From NCBI GenBank assembly GCA_963805085.1, contig CAWDTA010000002.1:288001-352000 (forward strand): a stretch of DNA of 64,000 nt, given 5' to 3'. Under the pieces are notes generated by a model. It was given only the letters and a program-made list of their open reading frames with translations, ran no database searches and had not been told where the DNA came from. Of this stretch, positions 32,038-44,169 are shown piece by piece; the stretch's first letter is position 1; each line of letters begins with the position of its first letter. Position numbers and translations under genes: made by a program. This stretch comes from an uncultured Veillonellaceae bacterium. GTDB taxonomy: Bacteria > Bacillota > Negativicutes > JARBTT01.

Positions 32038-34311
32038 TCAACCAAAATTCTCTGATTCATCTTCTTTTTCCAAACATAAACCACTTCCAGATAAATCATC
32101 AAAGTCATATACCCTTGTGCAGCGATGAATTCCCAGCCATTTAATTGCTTCGATTGGGTATTGATCAATTGCGCCTCTTCCTTTTTTAGATTTTAATAAA
32201 TTTGCATTTAGAGATATTGTATATTGCAAAAGATCATTTTCTGCTTTAATCCGAGTTTTAATATCATATTGTTTTTTATCCTTTATAATTTTTATATAAT
32301 CCTGTACGCTGTCAGTTTGATAAAATTTTTCTGGCAACACAGTAATGCTTTGAATATTTCTAAATTGCTGATGCGCCGTTTCAGCATCTATCGTTGATGG
32401 TGGCAAATCTTGCAAGGTTTTTAAGCACTCTTCAATTTTCTTATAATAGCTTGTCTCTTTCAATCTTGCTGTATCATATACTGCATTTATATATTCAAAT
32501 TTTTCTGTTTCTAAAAAATAGTTATTATTATATTTTTGCAAGTCATCTACTGAGTATTGATAAATATCAACATACTGGTAAACATTATTCGCACCACAGC
32601 CATTTTTTGTATTATAAATATACACATTCGGAGTTAGCCCATCATAATTGCGTTTACGATAGCAACGCCCCATTCTTTGCAATAAGCTATCTGCTGGACA
32701 CATTTCCGTAAATAACACATCAAAATCAATATCCAAACTTGCTTCTACAATTTGCGTACTAATCCAAATTCCCGTTTCATCGCTATTAGAAAACTTCATA
32801 ATTTCCTCTTCTAATAACTTTCTATCTTGACGAATAAATCTACTATGTAAGAGTTTTACATACTCATTTTGATCTTTTAATTTATCATATACACTTTGCG
32901 CTTTCCCCACCGTATTACATAAAACTAACACCTTTTTATTTTGTGCTTCATTAATGATTTTTTCATAATCAAAGTCTTCGGCCTCAATGAATTGAATCTT
33001 ATGACGTTTATCATACTCTCCTCTAAAAGGGCTTTCTGGTATCCGAAAATCAATATTCTGCTGGACTAAAAAATGTCTTAGTACAGGTGGGAAAGTTGCC
33101 GTAATAATGGCGAATCTTCCTCCCAGCTGCGTAATAATTTTAAGTCCATAAATAATGCACGCCAAAATTTCTGCTGAATACATTTGGATTTCATCAATAA
33201 TTACTTTTGAGTATTTTAATGTCGCTGGTACGATTTCACTTCCCATTGCTTTAAACACAAACCAAAATAATTGATCGACTGTACAAATCGTTAAAGGGTA
33301 TGCCAATAGCTTTGCTTTTTCTTTTCTAATCAATGGATCTTCTATTGTAAAATCCTCTTGATCCGCTTCCTGCTTTGCAAAATAATATGCCAATAAATCG
33401 GAATGAAGTAAAGTAATTTTATCTTCATCATAATGATATTGATGATCTTCCCGCCCACTGATCCGTTCATAAATTGCATTAATCGACACTTTTAACGGCA
33501 GCGTGTAGAAGGCCTTGCTGCCATCGAGCCAAAATAAAGCAGCTTCCGTTTTTCCACTGCCAGTTGCAGCTAATACAACTAAATTTTCATCTTTGCGATG
33601 CATCATGTAGTCTTGCACTGGACGAATCACTTTCCATTGCTCTTGAATAACCTTTGTTAAAACGCCCGCCGTCAAAGGCTCCATTTCGACTTGGTCAAGA
33701 TTCCTTCCACTTGCTGCATAATCAAGCTTATTCAGCATGCCTTTGACTACAATGTATTTCAGCCATTTATCATGCGCTCCTTCAGTCGTCATATTCGCCT
33801 TATTTCTTTGATTATTGGTGAATGCAGTAATTAGATATCCTAAATCTAAATAATCGGTGTTTTTACAAAACGTCTGCTTTGTGTCATACGCATAAGAATC
33901 AGGTAAATACCTGTCGATATACCTTCCAAAAGCCCCTTCTGTATAACTGTCAGTTCTTGTATGATGATTATAAATCGTAGTCACTACGATCTCTATATCC
34001 TCGCCATAAATCTTCTCTAACTCTTCCATGTTCATATATGCCGCGCTTAGAAACCCATGTGGTATTTCTTCTTCATCAGCTTTTGGAACAGCACCTTCGT
34101 ACTTGCGCCCTATCGCTTTATGTATTTTATACTGAAACAATGCATTGAGTTTGCCTAAATCATGATAAAAAGCCGCTAAATAAATGAATTCTTTCTCCTG
34201 CTTACTAAATTTATCACCATATGACTTCAAAAACTTTTCCCATAAAAGCAGCAACTCCTCGGTATGTTCTTTTACGGTTTGAATCGGATTAGATTTTGCT
34301 ATATATGCCAT
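32038..34311 (-). CDS. cas3: Cas3 HD nuclease/helicase
   Basis: YHDLGK HD domain, ATGSGKT, IIDEIQ, STQIVEASLDIDFD, QRMGRCYR. Confidence 0.96.
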   Translation of the reverse strand: MAYIAKSNPIQTVKEHTEELLLLWEKFLKSYGDKFSKQEKEFIYLAAFYHDLGKLNALFQYKIHKAIGRKYEGAVPKADEEEIPHGFLSAAYMNMEELEKIYGEDIEIVVTTIYNHHTRTDSYTEGAFGRYIDRYLPDSYAYDTKQTFCKNTDYLDLGYLITAFTNNQRNKANMTTEGAHDKWLKYIVVKGMLNKLDYAASGRNLDQVEMEPLTAGVLTKVIQEQWKVIRPVQDYMMHRKDENLVVLAATGSGKTEAALFWLDGSKAFYTLPLKVSINAIYERISGREDHQYHYDEDKITLLHSDLLAYYFAKQEADQEDFTIEDPLIRKEKAKLLAYPLTICTVDQLFWFVFKAMGSEIVPATLKYSKVIIDEIQMYSAEILACIIYGLKIITQLGGRFAIITATFPPVLRHFLVQQNIDFRIPESPFRGEYDKRHKIQFIEAEDFDYEKIINEAQNKKVLVLCNTVGKAQSVYDKLKDQNEYVKLLHSRFIRQDRKLLEEEIMKFSNSDETGIWISTQIVEASLDIDFDVLFTEMCPADSLLQRMGRCYRKRNYDGLTPNVYIYNTKNGCGANNVYQYVDIYQYSVDDLQKYNNNYFLETEKFEYINAVYDTARLKETSYYKKIEECLKTLQDLPPSTIDAETAHQQFRNIQSITVLPEKFYQTDSVQDYIKIIKDKKQYDIKTRIKAENDLLQYTISLNANLLKSKKGRGAIDQYPIEAIKWLGIHRCTRVYDFDDLSGSGLCLEKEDESENFG

Positions 34312-34373
34312 CCTGTACGCCTCCATGATAAAAGAAGGACAAGTTCCTATGAAATTAAGAACTTGTCCTTACT

Positions 34374-35949
<1,576 letters not shown>

Positions 35950-35951
35950 TT

Positions 35952-36275
35952 TTATGCCTCCTCAACTTTATCTTCGCTATTGTATTTTTCATTTTTCAAA
36001 CCAAGAACAAAAGCATAGCCTAAATATTGCAATTCATCTTTTGATGAAAACGTTTCTAAAAAAACTTTAGGGACTGATACACTTATACTTGAATACATTC
36101 TAAATACCAGATTCCAAAATTGTTCACGGTCATTCACTTGCAAGGCATTCAATAATTGATAGACAAAACCTCTTAATTTATTATCTGCATCTTGGGCTTT
36201 TGTTTTTTCACCACAGATCATTCTTCTTAAATCTCGTCCACGATAAAAAGCATTATCCGCATTTGCTTTTTCCAT
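35952..36275 (-). CDS. cas11: Putative internally translated Cas11 small subunit (107 aa)
   Basis: In-frame ATG within cas8b preceded by AGGGGGG RBS. Confidence 0.65.
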   Translation of the reverse strand: MEKANADNAFYRGRDLRRMICGEKTKAQDADNKLRGFVYQLLNALQVNDREQFWNLVFRMYSSISVSVPKVFLETFSSKDELQYLGYAFVLGLKNEKYNSEDKVEEA

Positions 36276-37628
36276 TTTTGTCCCCCCTGACATTTCTATT
36301 TGAATATCTACAACATTTTTCAAATAAATCGTTGATGTATTTTCTTTCAAAGAATTTTTCAATATTATATTTAACAAGCCATATTGATTGGAACGATCAA
36401 AAACATTTTTTAGTGCTTCTTGATAAACACTAATCCACACTTTCGGACTTCTCTCTATAGAAATCTCTTTAAGATTTCCCAAATTTTTTTGACAACTATT
36501 CAGCACTTCCAGAATATCCTTTGCAATCACAGTGAACTTATAACGCTCCGTTGCTTTATCCCTAACGATCACTTGGATATTACTTAGCTCTACTGTCTTT
36601 TCTTCAATGATTCCTTGAACCATATTATTTAAAATAAGTTGGTATTTTTCATTTTCTTTATTGGAATTTTTTATTTTATATTTACTTTCAATCCCTTTAT
36701 TTGTACTAATCAAAACCTCTACGCTTGTATTAGAATTTACAAAAATAAGATTCCTGCCCAATGTTTGAAATCCCAGCGGGGCTAATGAATAGACAAATGC
36801 ACATAATGGGCAAATATAAGCATCCGGTTTACAATCCCAAAATGGTGATTTTTTTCGACTCATATCATCGACACTATCATTAAGAAACGAAATGTCTATT
36901 GTTTTAGGCAATAAAACGCCACACTCAATGCAAGATTTGGCTTTTTTATTTTTTATGGGCTTACGATCTTTGAGATAATCTTTTAGAGGAATAATAAAAT
37001 CTTTTTCATACACATCATGCATATTCTTTTTTGAATTACTTGTATTCAAAAAAGCTTTATTTGACCAAATCGAATTAACCCTTGCATAAATAATATCTTT
37101 CATAAGCAAAGTTTCTTTTATTTTTTCATCTAATAATATTTCTTTCAGCTTACATAGTTGCTCATACTTTTCTTGATACTCTTTAATTTCCTTAATATTT
37201 TTGCATAACGAATTTAAATCAATTTTATAACCTTGTTCCTCTAAAATAGTACATGCACTAAAATAACTATTTCGCGCTAAGCCTGTGTTATTTAATAGAT
37301 ACTTGTATTTATCATCTAATATTTTTTTAAGTTCCTTACTTTCCTCAGCAACATATTTCTTCGTTAATGACTCCATAGACTCAATTTCTTTACAAATACG
37401 CGTAAATGTTGCATCTTCACTAAACTTTTGAATATGTGCATCCATATAAATTTGAGCAAGATCAGTCTTTTCTAAGAACTCTCTCGAAACAAGCAAAGCG
37501 TTTTCTTCTACTTTGTAATCTTCCCCTTTGATAGCTGCCATATTTTCTAATAAATAATGAAAACCGACAATTCCAGCATTAAATAAAAAAGCATTGATCT
37601 CTATTTTTACAAAATCTTCGTCCACCAT
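35952..37628 (-). CDS. cas8b1: Cas8b1/Cst1 large subunit (CxxC-CxxC)
   Basis: FNAGIVG N-terminus, CIEC and CPLC zinc pairs; between cas6 and cas7. Confidence 0.88.
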   Translation of the reverse strand: MVDEDFVKIEINAFLFNAGIVGFHYLLENMAAIKGEDYKVEENALLVSREFLEKTDLAQIYMDAHIQKFSEDATFTRICKEIESMESLTKKYVAEESKELKKILDDKYKYLLNNTGLARNSYFSACTILEEQGYKIDLNSLCKNIKEIKEYQEKYEQLCKLKEILLDEKIKETLLMKDIIYARVNSIWSNKAFLNTSNSKKNMHDVYEKDFIIPLKDYLKDRKPIKNKKAKSCIECGVLLPKTIDISFLNDSVDDMSRKKSPFWDCKPDAYICPLCAFVYSLAPLGFQTLGRNLIFVNSNTSVEVLISTNKGIESKYKIKNSNKENEKYQLILNNMVQGIIEEKTVELSNIQVIVRDKATERYKFTVIAKDILEVLNSCQKNLGNLKEISIERSPKVWISVYQEALKNVFDRSNQYGLLNIILKNSLKENTSTIYLKNVVDIQIEMSGGTKMEKANADNAFYRGRDLRRMICGEKTKAQDADNKLRGFVYQLLNALQVNDREQFWNLVFRMYSSISVSVPKVFLETFSSKDELQYLGYAFVLGLKNEKYNSEDKVEEA

Positions 37629-37638
37629 CCCACCTCCT

Positions 37639-38364
37639 TTAGGCTAACACTTCAAACATACCAAATCCTTGACTTCGTCTTGAGCCAATCCCTGCATGAT
37701 AAAGAAAATTGAGCAGTTCTGGCTGACCCGTCAATTTATATACACCTAAACTTACGTCGATATGATACTTAAACGCAGTAACTACTGTTTTTTTCGGCAT
37801 AACCGGAACTATGGTAAAACCATGCAGTAAATTTCCATCCATTGCAAAAATACTAAGCTGTGCTTGTACAATTTTTTTAGCCATATCTGCAAAGTCCTCA
37901 CAAGTACAATCCACATATCGGTCTATATTCGTCTCACGACTATGCTCACGAAGCACCATTGGGCTGAGCATTTTTATCAAAATTTCATTTGAATTGATTT
38001 TATTATGTGGCAGTATTTTTACAGCCATGATTTTCATGCTATTTTGATGTTCTAAAGGGAATCCTTTCAATTTATTCTTCAAAATTGCATTATAAAGAAT
38101 CATAGCTTCCTTCATATCCGCTGTACTCAACGTAAAACTAATTACATTACCGCCAAGTTGAATAACGTTACCAACAAATTTAGGGCGGTTCATCCTTACG
38201 CCAAAAGTAAATTTTTTCATTATGTTGTCACGGTTTTTATAAAACTCGTCAAAAAATTCTTCTCCATAATCACTTAAATTGCTTTTGATAAACGATACAA
38301 AAAACGGACGAAAATCTTTTGGCAACTCGGGTTTATTCAATTCCAATTTTATCAATATCTGCAC
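37639..38364 (-). CDS. cas6: CRISPR RNA endoribonuclease Cas6
   Basis: C-terminal GIGSRRSQGFG loop; likely GTG start after GGGAGGTG RBS. Confidence 0.92.
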   Translation of the reverse strand: MQILIKLELNKPELPKDFRPFFVSFIKSNLSDYGEEFFDEFYKNRDNIMKKFTFGVRMNRPKFVGNVIQLGGNVISFTLSTADMKEAMILYNAILKNKLKGFPLEHQNSMKIMAVKILPHNKINSNEILIKMLSPMVLREHSRETNIDRYVDCTCEDFADMAKKIVQAQLSIFAMDGNLLHGFTIVPVMPKKTVVTAFKYHIDVSLGVYKLTGQPELLNFLYHAGIGSRRSQGFGMFEVLA

Positions 38365-38430
38365 ACACATCACCTCCCAATAATTTGATATTCCATACAT
38401 ATACAAATAATAACATATTTGTACATAAAT

Positions 38431-38466
38431 AAACACAGATATAAAGGAAATTTTATATCTGTGTTT
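38431..38466 (-). terminator. Terminator-like hairpin upstream of cas6
   Basis: AAACACAGATATAAA-GGAAAT-TTTATATCTGTGTTT. Confidence 0.6.
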
Positions 38467-38474
38467 TCTTTTTC

Positions 38475-39480
38475 ATTCTCTTTTTATCTCTTTAACTGTT
38501 CGACTTCTTCCGCAAGCAACGTAATATCTGCATACTTTGCAACTTTCTATTCGCATCAAACAACTCATATTCCTTAATCGCCAATTCTTTAGCGACAACC
38601 GTTGATACTTTCCCTCCATTTTCTAGTACTTGCCTATTGGTAAATTGTAAAAACGCATTCAGTTTTGTTTCCTAATCGCCATGTGCATGGGAATATATTG
38701 CTTTGCCTGATCATCAGCATAATCTAAATACATCACCACAATCCGATTTAATGACTCAATTTCCTCTTTCGTCAAATAGTTTTTCGCTATGTCTATGTCA
38801 CTTTTGCGAACCTTTGTGCCCTTAAACGAGGTAAGCCCCATATTGGGTTTTGTGGCATCGGCACGTTCGGCGATGAGTTCTGCTGCGGTGTGTCCATGTA
38901 CACTATAATGCATTTTATTTTGCACTGTTTGAAAAAATTGTTTTGTACTTTCTAACTTCGCATCATAATCAATCGAAGTTTTATAGATTTCTGCGATTTT
39001 TTGATAAAACCGCTTTTCTGATGCACGAATATCTTTAATGCGGTCAAGCAATTCATCAAAATAATCTGCACCAAAGGCTTGCGGATTTTTTAGCCGTTCA
39101 TCATTCATCGCAAAGCCTTTTTTGCTGTAATCGGTCAAAACGCTCGATGCCCATTTACGAAAATGCATACCAACATTAGATCGCACCCGATAACCAATGG
39201 CTAAAATCATTTGAAAATTATAATGCTTTATATTGCGTTTAATCTGTCGATTTCCTTCATTTTGAACTATCCGGAAATTCCGGATAGTTGCCTCTTCCTC
39301 TAATTCACCATCTGCAATAATATTTATAATGTGTTCATTAATTGTCCGAACATCAACTTGATATAGTTCAGCCAAACTTCTCTGCGATAACCATATCGTA
39401 TCACCTCCAAAATAAACATCTAGCTTCGTATCGCCTTTTTCATTTTGATAGATAAGCATCTTGCCCAATAAATCCTGCAT
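38475..39480 (-). pseudogene. RhuM-family (virulence RhuM) protein, frameshifted near the C-terminus
   Basis: ILAIGYRVRS, FRKWA, DYFDELL.RI.DIR motifs; tail (LNAFLQF...KVS..VAKELA) continues in other frames past the stop at 38659. Confidence 0.8.
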
Positions 39481-39650
39481 AAACATACCTCCTATTTACT
39501 AAAAAAGTAATAGTTCTTTTCTGAATGTATCCATAGTAGATCTTAAAGCTTCCGTACGAATTTCTATTAACTTCACATTTCCCTATAAAAAATATAGTTC
39601 CTGCCAAAGTAATACATAATTTAGCAGAAACTATATCTATCGGCATATTA

Positions 39651-40043
39651 TCAATCTATGAGCTTCGCTTCAAGCCCTGCATAAAAACCGTATCTAAAGG
39701 CGGAATCATTTCTTAAGTAATCATACTCTTCAATCTTTTCAATCAGTTTTTCCTTATCCTTCAATGCCTCCTGAATCTCGTGGAAGATTTCACTAGCCGT
39801 ATTATTCATAACATAGCCATTACAATCTTTTGCAAATGATAACATTTGAATGACTTTTCCAAGGTTGTACATACAAAAATTGAAGCAAAAATCTCCTGAT
39901 TTACTACCTGTTTCATTTAAAAATTGTTCAAAACTTTCAATCATCTTCATTTCTGGGCTATCTTCCTTTAATATTGGAATTCTAAATAATAATTCCTGAA
40001 TTCTTTTCATTTCCCGCTTGTCCATATTGTTCATATCTAGCAT
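39651..40043 (-). CDS. Small hypothetical protein (MLDMNNMDKREMK... AFRYGFYAG family), copy 1
   Basis: AGGGGG RBS; homologous copies at 48.9 kb and 52.1 kb. Confidence 0.7.
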   Translation of the reverse strand: MLDMNNMDKREMKRIQELLFRIPILKEDSPEMKMIESFEQFLNETGSKSGDFCFNFCMYNLGKVIQMLSFAKDCNGYVMNNTASEIFHEIQEALKDKEKLIEKIEEYDYLRNDSAFRYGFYAGLEAKLID

Positions 40044-40136
40044 GAATATGCCCCCTATCTTTCTTGTCCTAATCTTAGTAATCTACCTACTGCCTTATAC
40101 ATTTTAATTAGCGTAAACAACCTTTGATTTTCGTAA

Positions 40137-40274
40137 TAACTCCAAAAGTTTATTTTTAACTTCTAAAGCTATTATATATCTTTTATAGTTATAATTCAAT
40201 ATCTTTTATCGTTATTTTTATCTTTAATTTGTTTTTTAATATCGCTAATGATAGTATATTATCTATAGAAGTTA
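40137..40274. promoter_or_regulatory. Operator-like array TAWC-N7-GYTA in the divergent promoter region
   Basis: Copies at 40157, 40177, 40200, 40260 and a weaker one at 40137. Confidence 0.5.
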
Positions 40275-40289
40275 GTAAGGAGGTTATTT

Positions 40290-40511
40290 ATGATTAATAT
40301 AAAGATCGCAGAATTAATGGGAAAACATAAATTAACAAGAAAAGCCTTATCTGATATGACAGGTATACGACCTAATACAATTTCAGCACTTTGGAATGGA
40401 GATATAAAACGTTTAGAAATTCAGCAAATAGATAAATTGTGTGCTGCGCTCGACTGTCAACCAGCAGACTTGATGGAATACATTCCAGATAAAACTGACA
40501 ATCAACAATAA
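40290..40511 (+). CDS. Xre/Cro-type HTH transcriptional regulator (YozG-like)
   Basis: LSDMTGIRPNTIS HTH and LCAALDCQPADLMEY; AAGGAGG RBS. Confidence 0.88.
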   Translation: MINIKIAELMGKHKLTRKALSDMTGIRPNTISALWNGDIKRLEIQQIDKLCAALDCQPADLMEYIPDKTDNQQ

Positions 40512-40563
40512 TACCCCATACACATTCTAATAACGCATAAAGAACCGCATCAGCTTTAAATAC

Positions 40564-40609
40564 AAAAACTCCTGTAAAAAGTCCTTGCAGACATTTTACA
40601 GGAGTTTTT
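40564..40609. terminator. Bidirectional terminator
   Basis: AAAAACTCCTGTAAAA...TTTTACAGGAGTTTTT between convergent genes. Confidence 0.7.
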
Positions 40610-40649
40610 GCATCATATATCAATCGGAAAACTCATGTTTTCATCTATA

Positions 40650-41669
40650 TTAATTTTTCTGCGCTTTGATTTGCTCTAGAATGCCAGTTTCTTGTATGGT
40701 CTTAGCCAATTCATCACCATCGGAGATCCATTTTTCTTTGGATTCGTCGGAATTTAAATATTCCACTTGGAATCCTAAATTTTCGATATTAGCTTTAAAT
40801 TCAGGGTCGGTAATCATTGCTTTAAATCCTTCTTCGAGCTTAGCTTTGATTTCAGGTGGTAATTCTTTGGGAGCTGCTATTCCAATCCAATTTGTTAAGA
40901 CAATATCAAAGCCTTGTTCTTTAAAGGTTGGTATTTGCGCTAAGTCTGGATCTGTAGTTCTCAGTTCACCTGTTACCGCTAGTGCTCTTAGTGTGCCATT
41001 TTTAATTTGTTCTTTGACTGTTGCTGGATTAACAAAACCAATTTGAATATGGTTTCCTAATAAAGCAACAGTCACATCATTAGCGCCACGAAAGGGAACT
41101 TGCTCAAGCGTAATGTCAGTAGCTTTGGCAAATGTTCCGCCAAGAATATGCGATACGGAACCTATCCCTGTAGTACCGAATTTCAATTGTCCGGGATGCT
41201 GCTTGGCATATTCAATCAAGGAAGTGATATCTTGCCAAGGTTGCTCAGCTGGAACTACCATGATCCATGGTGAAGTTGCAACCTGCGCAATTGGTTCTAA
41301 GGCAGTTGGATAGTGATATTTCGTTGATTCATATAAGGGTTGTATCAGGACATCAATGGCACTCATACCGAGGGTATAACCATCTGGGCTGGCACTCACC
41401 AATTCATTCCAGCCGATGGTGGCTGCTCCGCCTGGTTTATTGACAACAACTAAAGGCTGTCCTAGATATTTAGGTGCCATTTTTTCCAATGATCGCGCCA
41501 CAAGATCCAATCCTCCTCCAGCACTAAAGGGTACAATGATAGTAATTGGTTTATCTGGATAATTTTTTATGGCAGATGTTGTTTTGCTTTGCATATCGGT
41601 GCAACCTCCCATTATGATTGAAATAAATAATAAACATACTATTGACAATAGGAACGATCTTTTTTGCAC
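40650..41669 (-). CDS. Bug/TctC tripartite tricarboxylate transporter substrate-binding lipoprotein, copy 1
   Basis: YPDKPITIIVPFSAGGGLD, VVNKPGG, PDGYTL, VPFRG, IPTFKEQG; MGGC lipobox. Confidence 0.92.
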   Translation of the reverse strand: MQKRSFLLSIVCLLFISIIMGGCTDMQSKTTSAIKNYPDKPITIIVPFSAGGGLDLVARSLEKMAPKYLGQPLVVVNKPGGAATIGWNELVSASPDGYTLGMSAIDVLIQPLYESTKYHYPTALEPIAQVATSPWIMVVPAEQPWQDITSLIEYAKQHPGQLKFGTTGIGSVSHILGGTFAKATDITLEQVPFRGANDVTVALLGNHIQIGFVNPATVKEQIKNGTLRALAVTGELRTTDPDLAQIPTFKEQGFDIVLTNWIGIAAPKELPPEIKAKLEEGFKAMITDPEFKANIENLGFQVEYLNSDESKEKWISDGDELAKTIQETGILEQIKAQKN

Positions 41670-42998
41670 TACGACATCTCCTTGTCTATCATTAAGGCAA
41701 TCAATCGTAACTGCTTATATACTTTGAACAATGATTGCCGTTTTTAAATCACTAATCGCATTAAAAAGCCACGGTAATAGCACCATATTTTTTCATCAGT
41801 GTTAATTTTTCTGTGCTTTGATTTGCTCTAGAATGCCAGTTTCTTGGATAGACTTAGCTAATTTATCACCATCCAAGTACCATTTTTCTTTGGAATCTTC
41901 GGAATTTAAATATTCCACTTGCAAACCTAAATTTTCGATATTAGCCTTGAATTCTGGATCAGCAATCATTGCTTTAAAACCTTCTTCAAGCTTAGTTTTA
42001 ATTTCTGGCGGTAGCTCTTTTGGTGCTGCTACTCCATACCAATTGCTTAATACAATATCAAAGCCTTGTTCCTTAAAGGTCGGTATTTGTGCTAAGTCTG
42101 GGTCAGTTAGCCGATGTTCACCTGTTGTTGCCAGTGCTCTTAATGTGCCATTTTTAATTTGTTCTTTAACTGTTGCCGGTGGAATAAAAGCACTTTGAAT
42201 ATGGTTACCTAACAAGGCAATAGCCGCTTCACTACCGCCACGAAATGGAACCTGTTCAAGAGTAATTTTAGTAAATTTGGCAAACGTTTCACCAAGAATA
42301 TGTGCTGGTGAGCCTATCCCTACATGACCAAATTTCAATTGTCCGGGGTGCTCCTTTGCATATCTAATCAAATCATCCACATCTTTCCAAGGCTGCTTTG
42401 CTGGCACTACCATTATAAATGGTAAAGTTGAAACTTGTACAATTGGTTCTAAGGCAGTTGGATAATGATATTTGGTTGACCCATATAATGGCTGGATTAG
42501 TACGTCAACTGCACTAATGCCAAGCGTATAACCATCTGGACTAGCATTCACTAGTTCATTCCACCCTATGGTGCCTGCTCCGCCTGTTTTGTTGACAACA
42601 ACTAAAGGTTGTCCTAGATACTTAGGTGCCAGCTTCTCCAATGTCCGAGCTAGCAAATCCAATCCTCCACCAGCACTAAAAGGTACAATGACAGTAATAG
42701 GCTTATCTGGATAACTTCTTATTGCTGTTGTTGTTTTGCTTTGCATATCTGTGCATCCTCCAATTATGATTGAAATAAATAATAAACATACTATTGACAA
42801 TAGGAACGATCTTTTTCGCACTACGACATCTCCTTGTCTATCATTAAGGCAATCAATCGTAACTGCTTATATACTTTGAACAATGATTGCCGCTTTTAAA
42901 TCACTAATCGCATTAAAAAGCCACGGTAATAGCACCATATTTTTTCATCAGTGTTAATTTTTCTGTGCTTTGATTTGCTCTAGAATGCCAGTTTCTTG
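41611..42998. repeat. Near-identical 236-bp direct repeats (41611-41846 and 42763-42998) at Bug gene junctions, period 1152 bp
   Basis: By-eye alignment shows 2 differences in 236 bp. Confidence 0.85.
41802..42821 (-). CDS. Bug/TctC substrate-binding lipoprotein, copy 2
   Basis: Same motifs, 339 aa. Confidence 0.92.
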   Translation of the reverse strand: MRKRSFLLSIVCLLFISIIIGGCTDMQSKTTTAIRSYPDKPITVIVPFSAGGGLDLLARTLEKLAPKYLGQPLVVVNKTGGAGTIGWNELVNASPDGYTLGISAVDVLIQPLYGSTKYHYPTALEPIVQVSTLPFIMVVPAKQPWKDVDDLIRYAKEHPGQLKFGHVGIGSPAHILGETFAKFTKITLEQVPFRGGSEAAIALLGNHIQSAFIPPATVKEQIKNGTLRALATTGEHRLTDPDLAQIPTFKEQGFDIVLSNWYGVAAPKELPPEIKTKLEEGFKAMIADPEFKANIENLGLQVEYLNSEDSKEKWYLDGDKLAKSIQETGILEQIKAQKN

Positions 42999-43973
42999 TA
43001 TGGTCTTAGTTAATTTATCAGCATCCAAACGCCATTTTTCCTTGGACTCGTCGGAATTTAAATATTCAGGTTGTAAACCTAAATTTTCGATATTAGCTTT
43101 GAATTCAGCATCGATGATGATTGCTTTGAACATTTCTTCTAGCTTAGTTTTAAGCTCTGGCGGTAGTTCTTTTGGTGCTGCCACTCCAATCCAAGTGTTT
43201 GAGGTGATATCAAAGCCTTGTTCCTTAAAAGTTGGTATCTGCGCTAATTCTGGGTCGGTTAGCCGCTGCTCGCTTGTTGTCGCTAATGCTCTTAGTGTGC
43301 CATTTGCAATTTGTTCTTTTACTGTTGATGGATTACTAAAAGCAATTTGAATATGGTTGCCTAATAAAGCTGCTGTCGATTCACTAGCACCATGAAAGGG
43401 AACTTGCTCAATATTAATGTCAGCAATCTCGGCGAAGGTTTCACCAATAATATGTGACATTGATCCTATCCCTGAGTGACCAAATTTCAATTGTCCTGGA
43501 TGTTGTTTGGCATAATTAATGATTTCATCCACATTCTGACAAGGATGATCAGCTTTGACTACCATGATAGTTGATAAAGTTGCAACTTGTGAAATTGGCT
43601 CTAAGGAAGTTGGATAGTGATATTTAGTTGTTCCATATAATGGTTGTACGAGTAGCTCAATTGAGCTAATACCCAGCGTATAACCATCTGGATTTGCACT
43701 AGTCAGTTCGTTCCATCCTATGGTGCCTGTTCCACCTGGTTTGTTGACAACAACTATGGGTTGTCCTAGATATTTAGGTGCCTCCTTTTCTAAAGCTCGG
43801 GCTACAAAATCCATTGCTCCTCCAGCACTAAAAGGTACAATGATGGTAATAGGCCTATCGGGGTAACTTTTTGTGGCAATTGTTGTTTTGCTTTGCATAT
43901 CGTTGCAACCTCCCATTATTATTGAAATAAGTAATAAACATACTGTTAATAATACTAAATTTTTTTTTTGCAC
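42954..43973 (-). CDS. Bug/TctC substrate-binding lipoprotein, copy 3
   Basis: Same motifs, 339 aa. Confidence 0.92.
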   Translation of the reverse strand: MQKKNLVLLTVCLLLISIIMGGCNDMQSKTTIATKSYPDRPITIIVPFSAGGAMDFVARALEKEAPKYLGQPIVVVNKPGGTGTIGWNELTSANPDGYTLGISSIELLVQPLYGTTKYHYPTSLEPISQVATLSTIMVVKADHPCQNVDEIINYAKQHPGQLKFGHSGIGSMSHIIGETFAEIADINIEQVPFHGASESTAALLGNHIQIAFSNPSTVKEQIANGTLRALATTSEQRLTDPELAQIPTFKEQGFDITSNTWIGVAAPKELPPELKTKLEEMFKAIIIDAEFKANIENLGLQPEYLNSDESKEKWRLDADKLTKTIQETGILEQIKAQKN

Positions 43974-44169
43974 TGCATCATCTCCTCATTTTTCTACAAT
44001 TAACTACATATTATTCCATTAGTGTTAAACCTTACTATTTATGTATATTGCTTCGTCAATAAATATCAAATTCCTTCCAAATATTCAGGTATTTTTATAC
44101 TTGTTCAGATAGGAAAAAGACAAATAAAAACTTCCTAACAGGTAAAATTCAAACCTATTAGGAAGCTTT

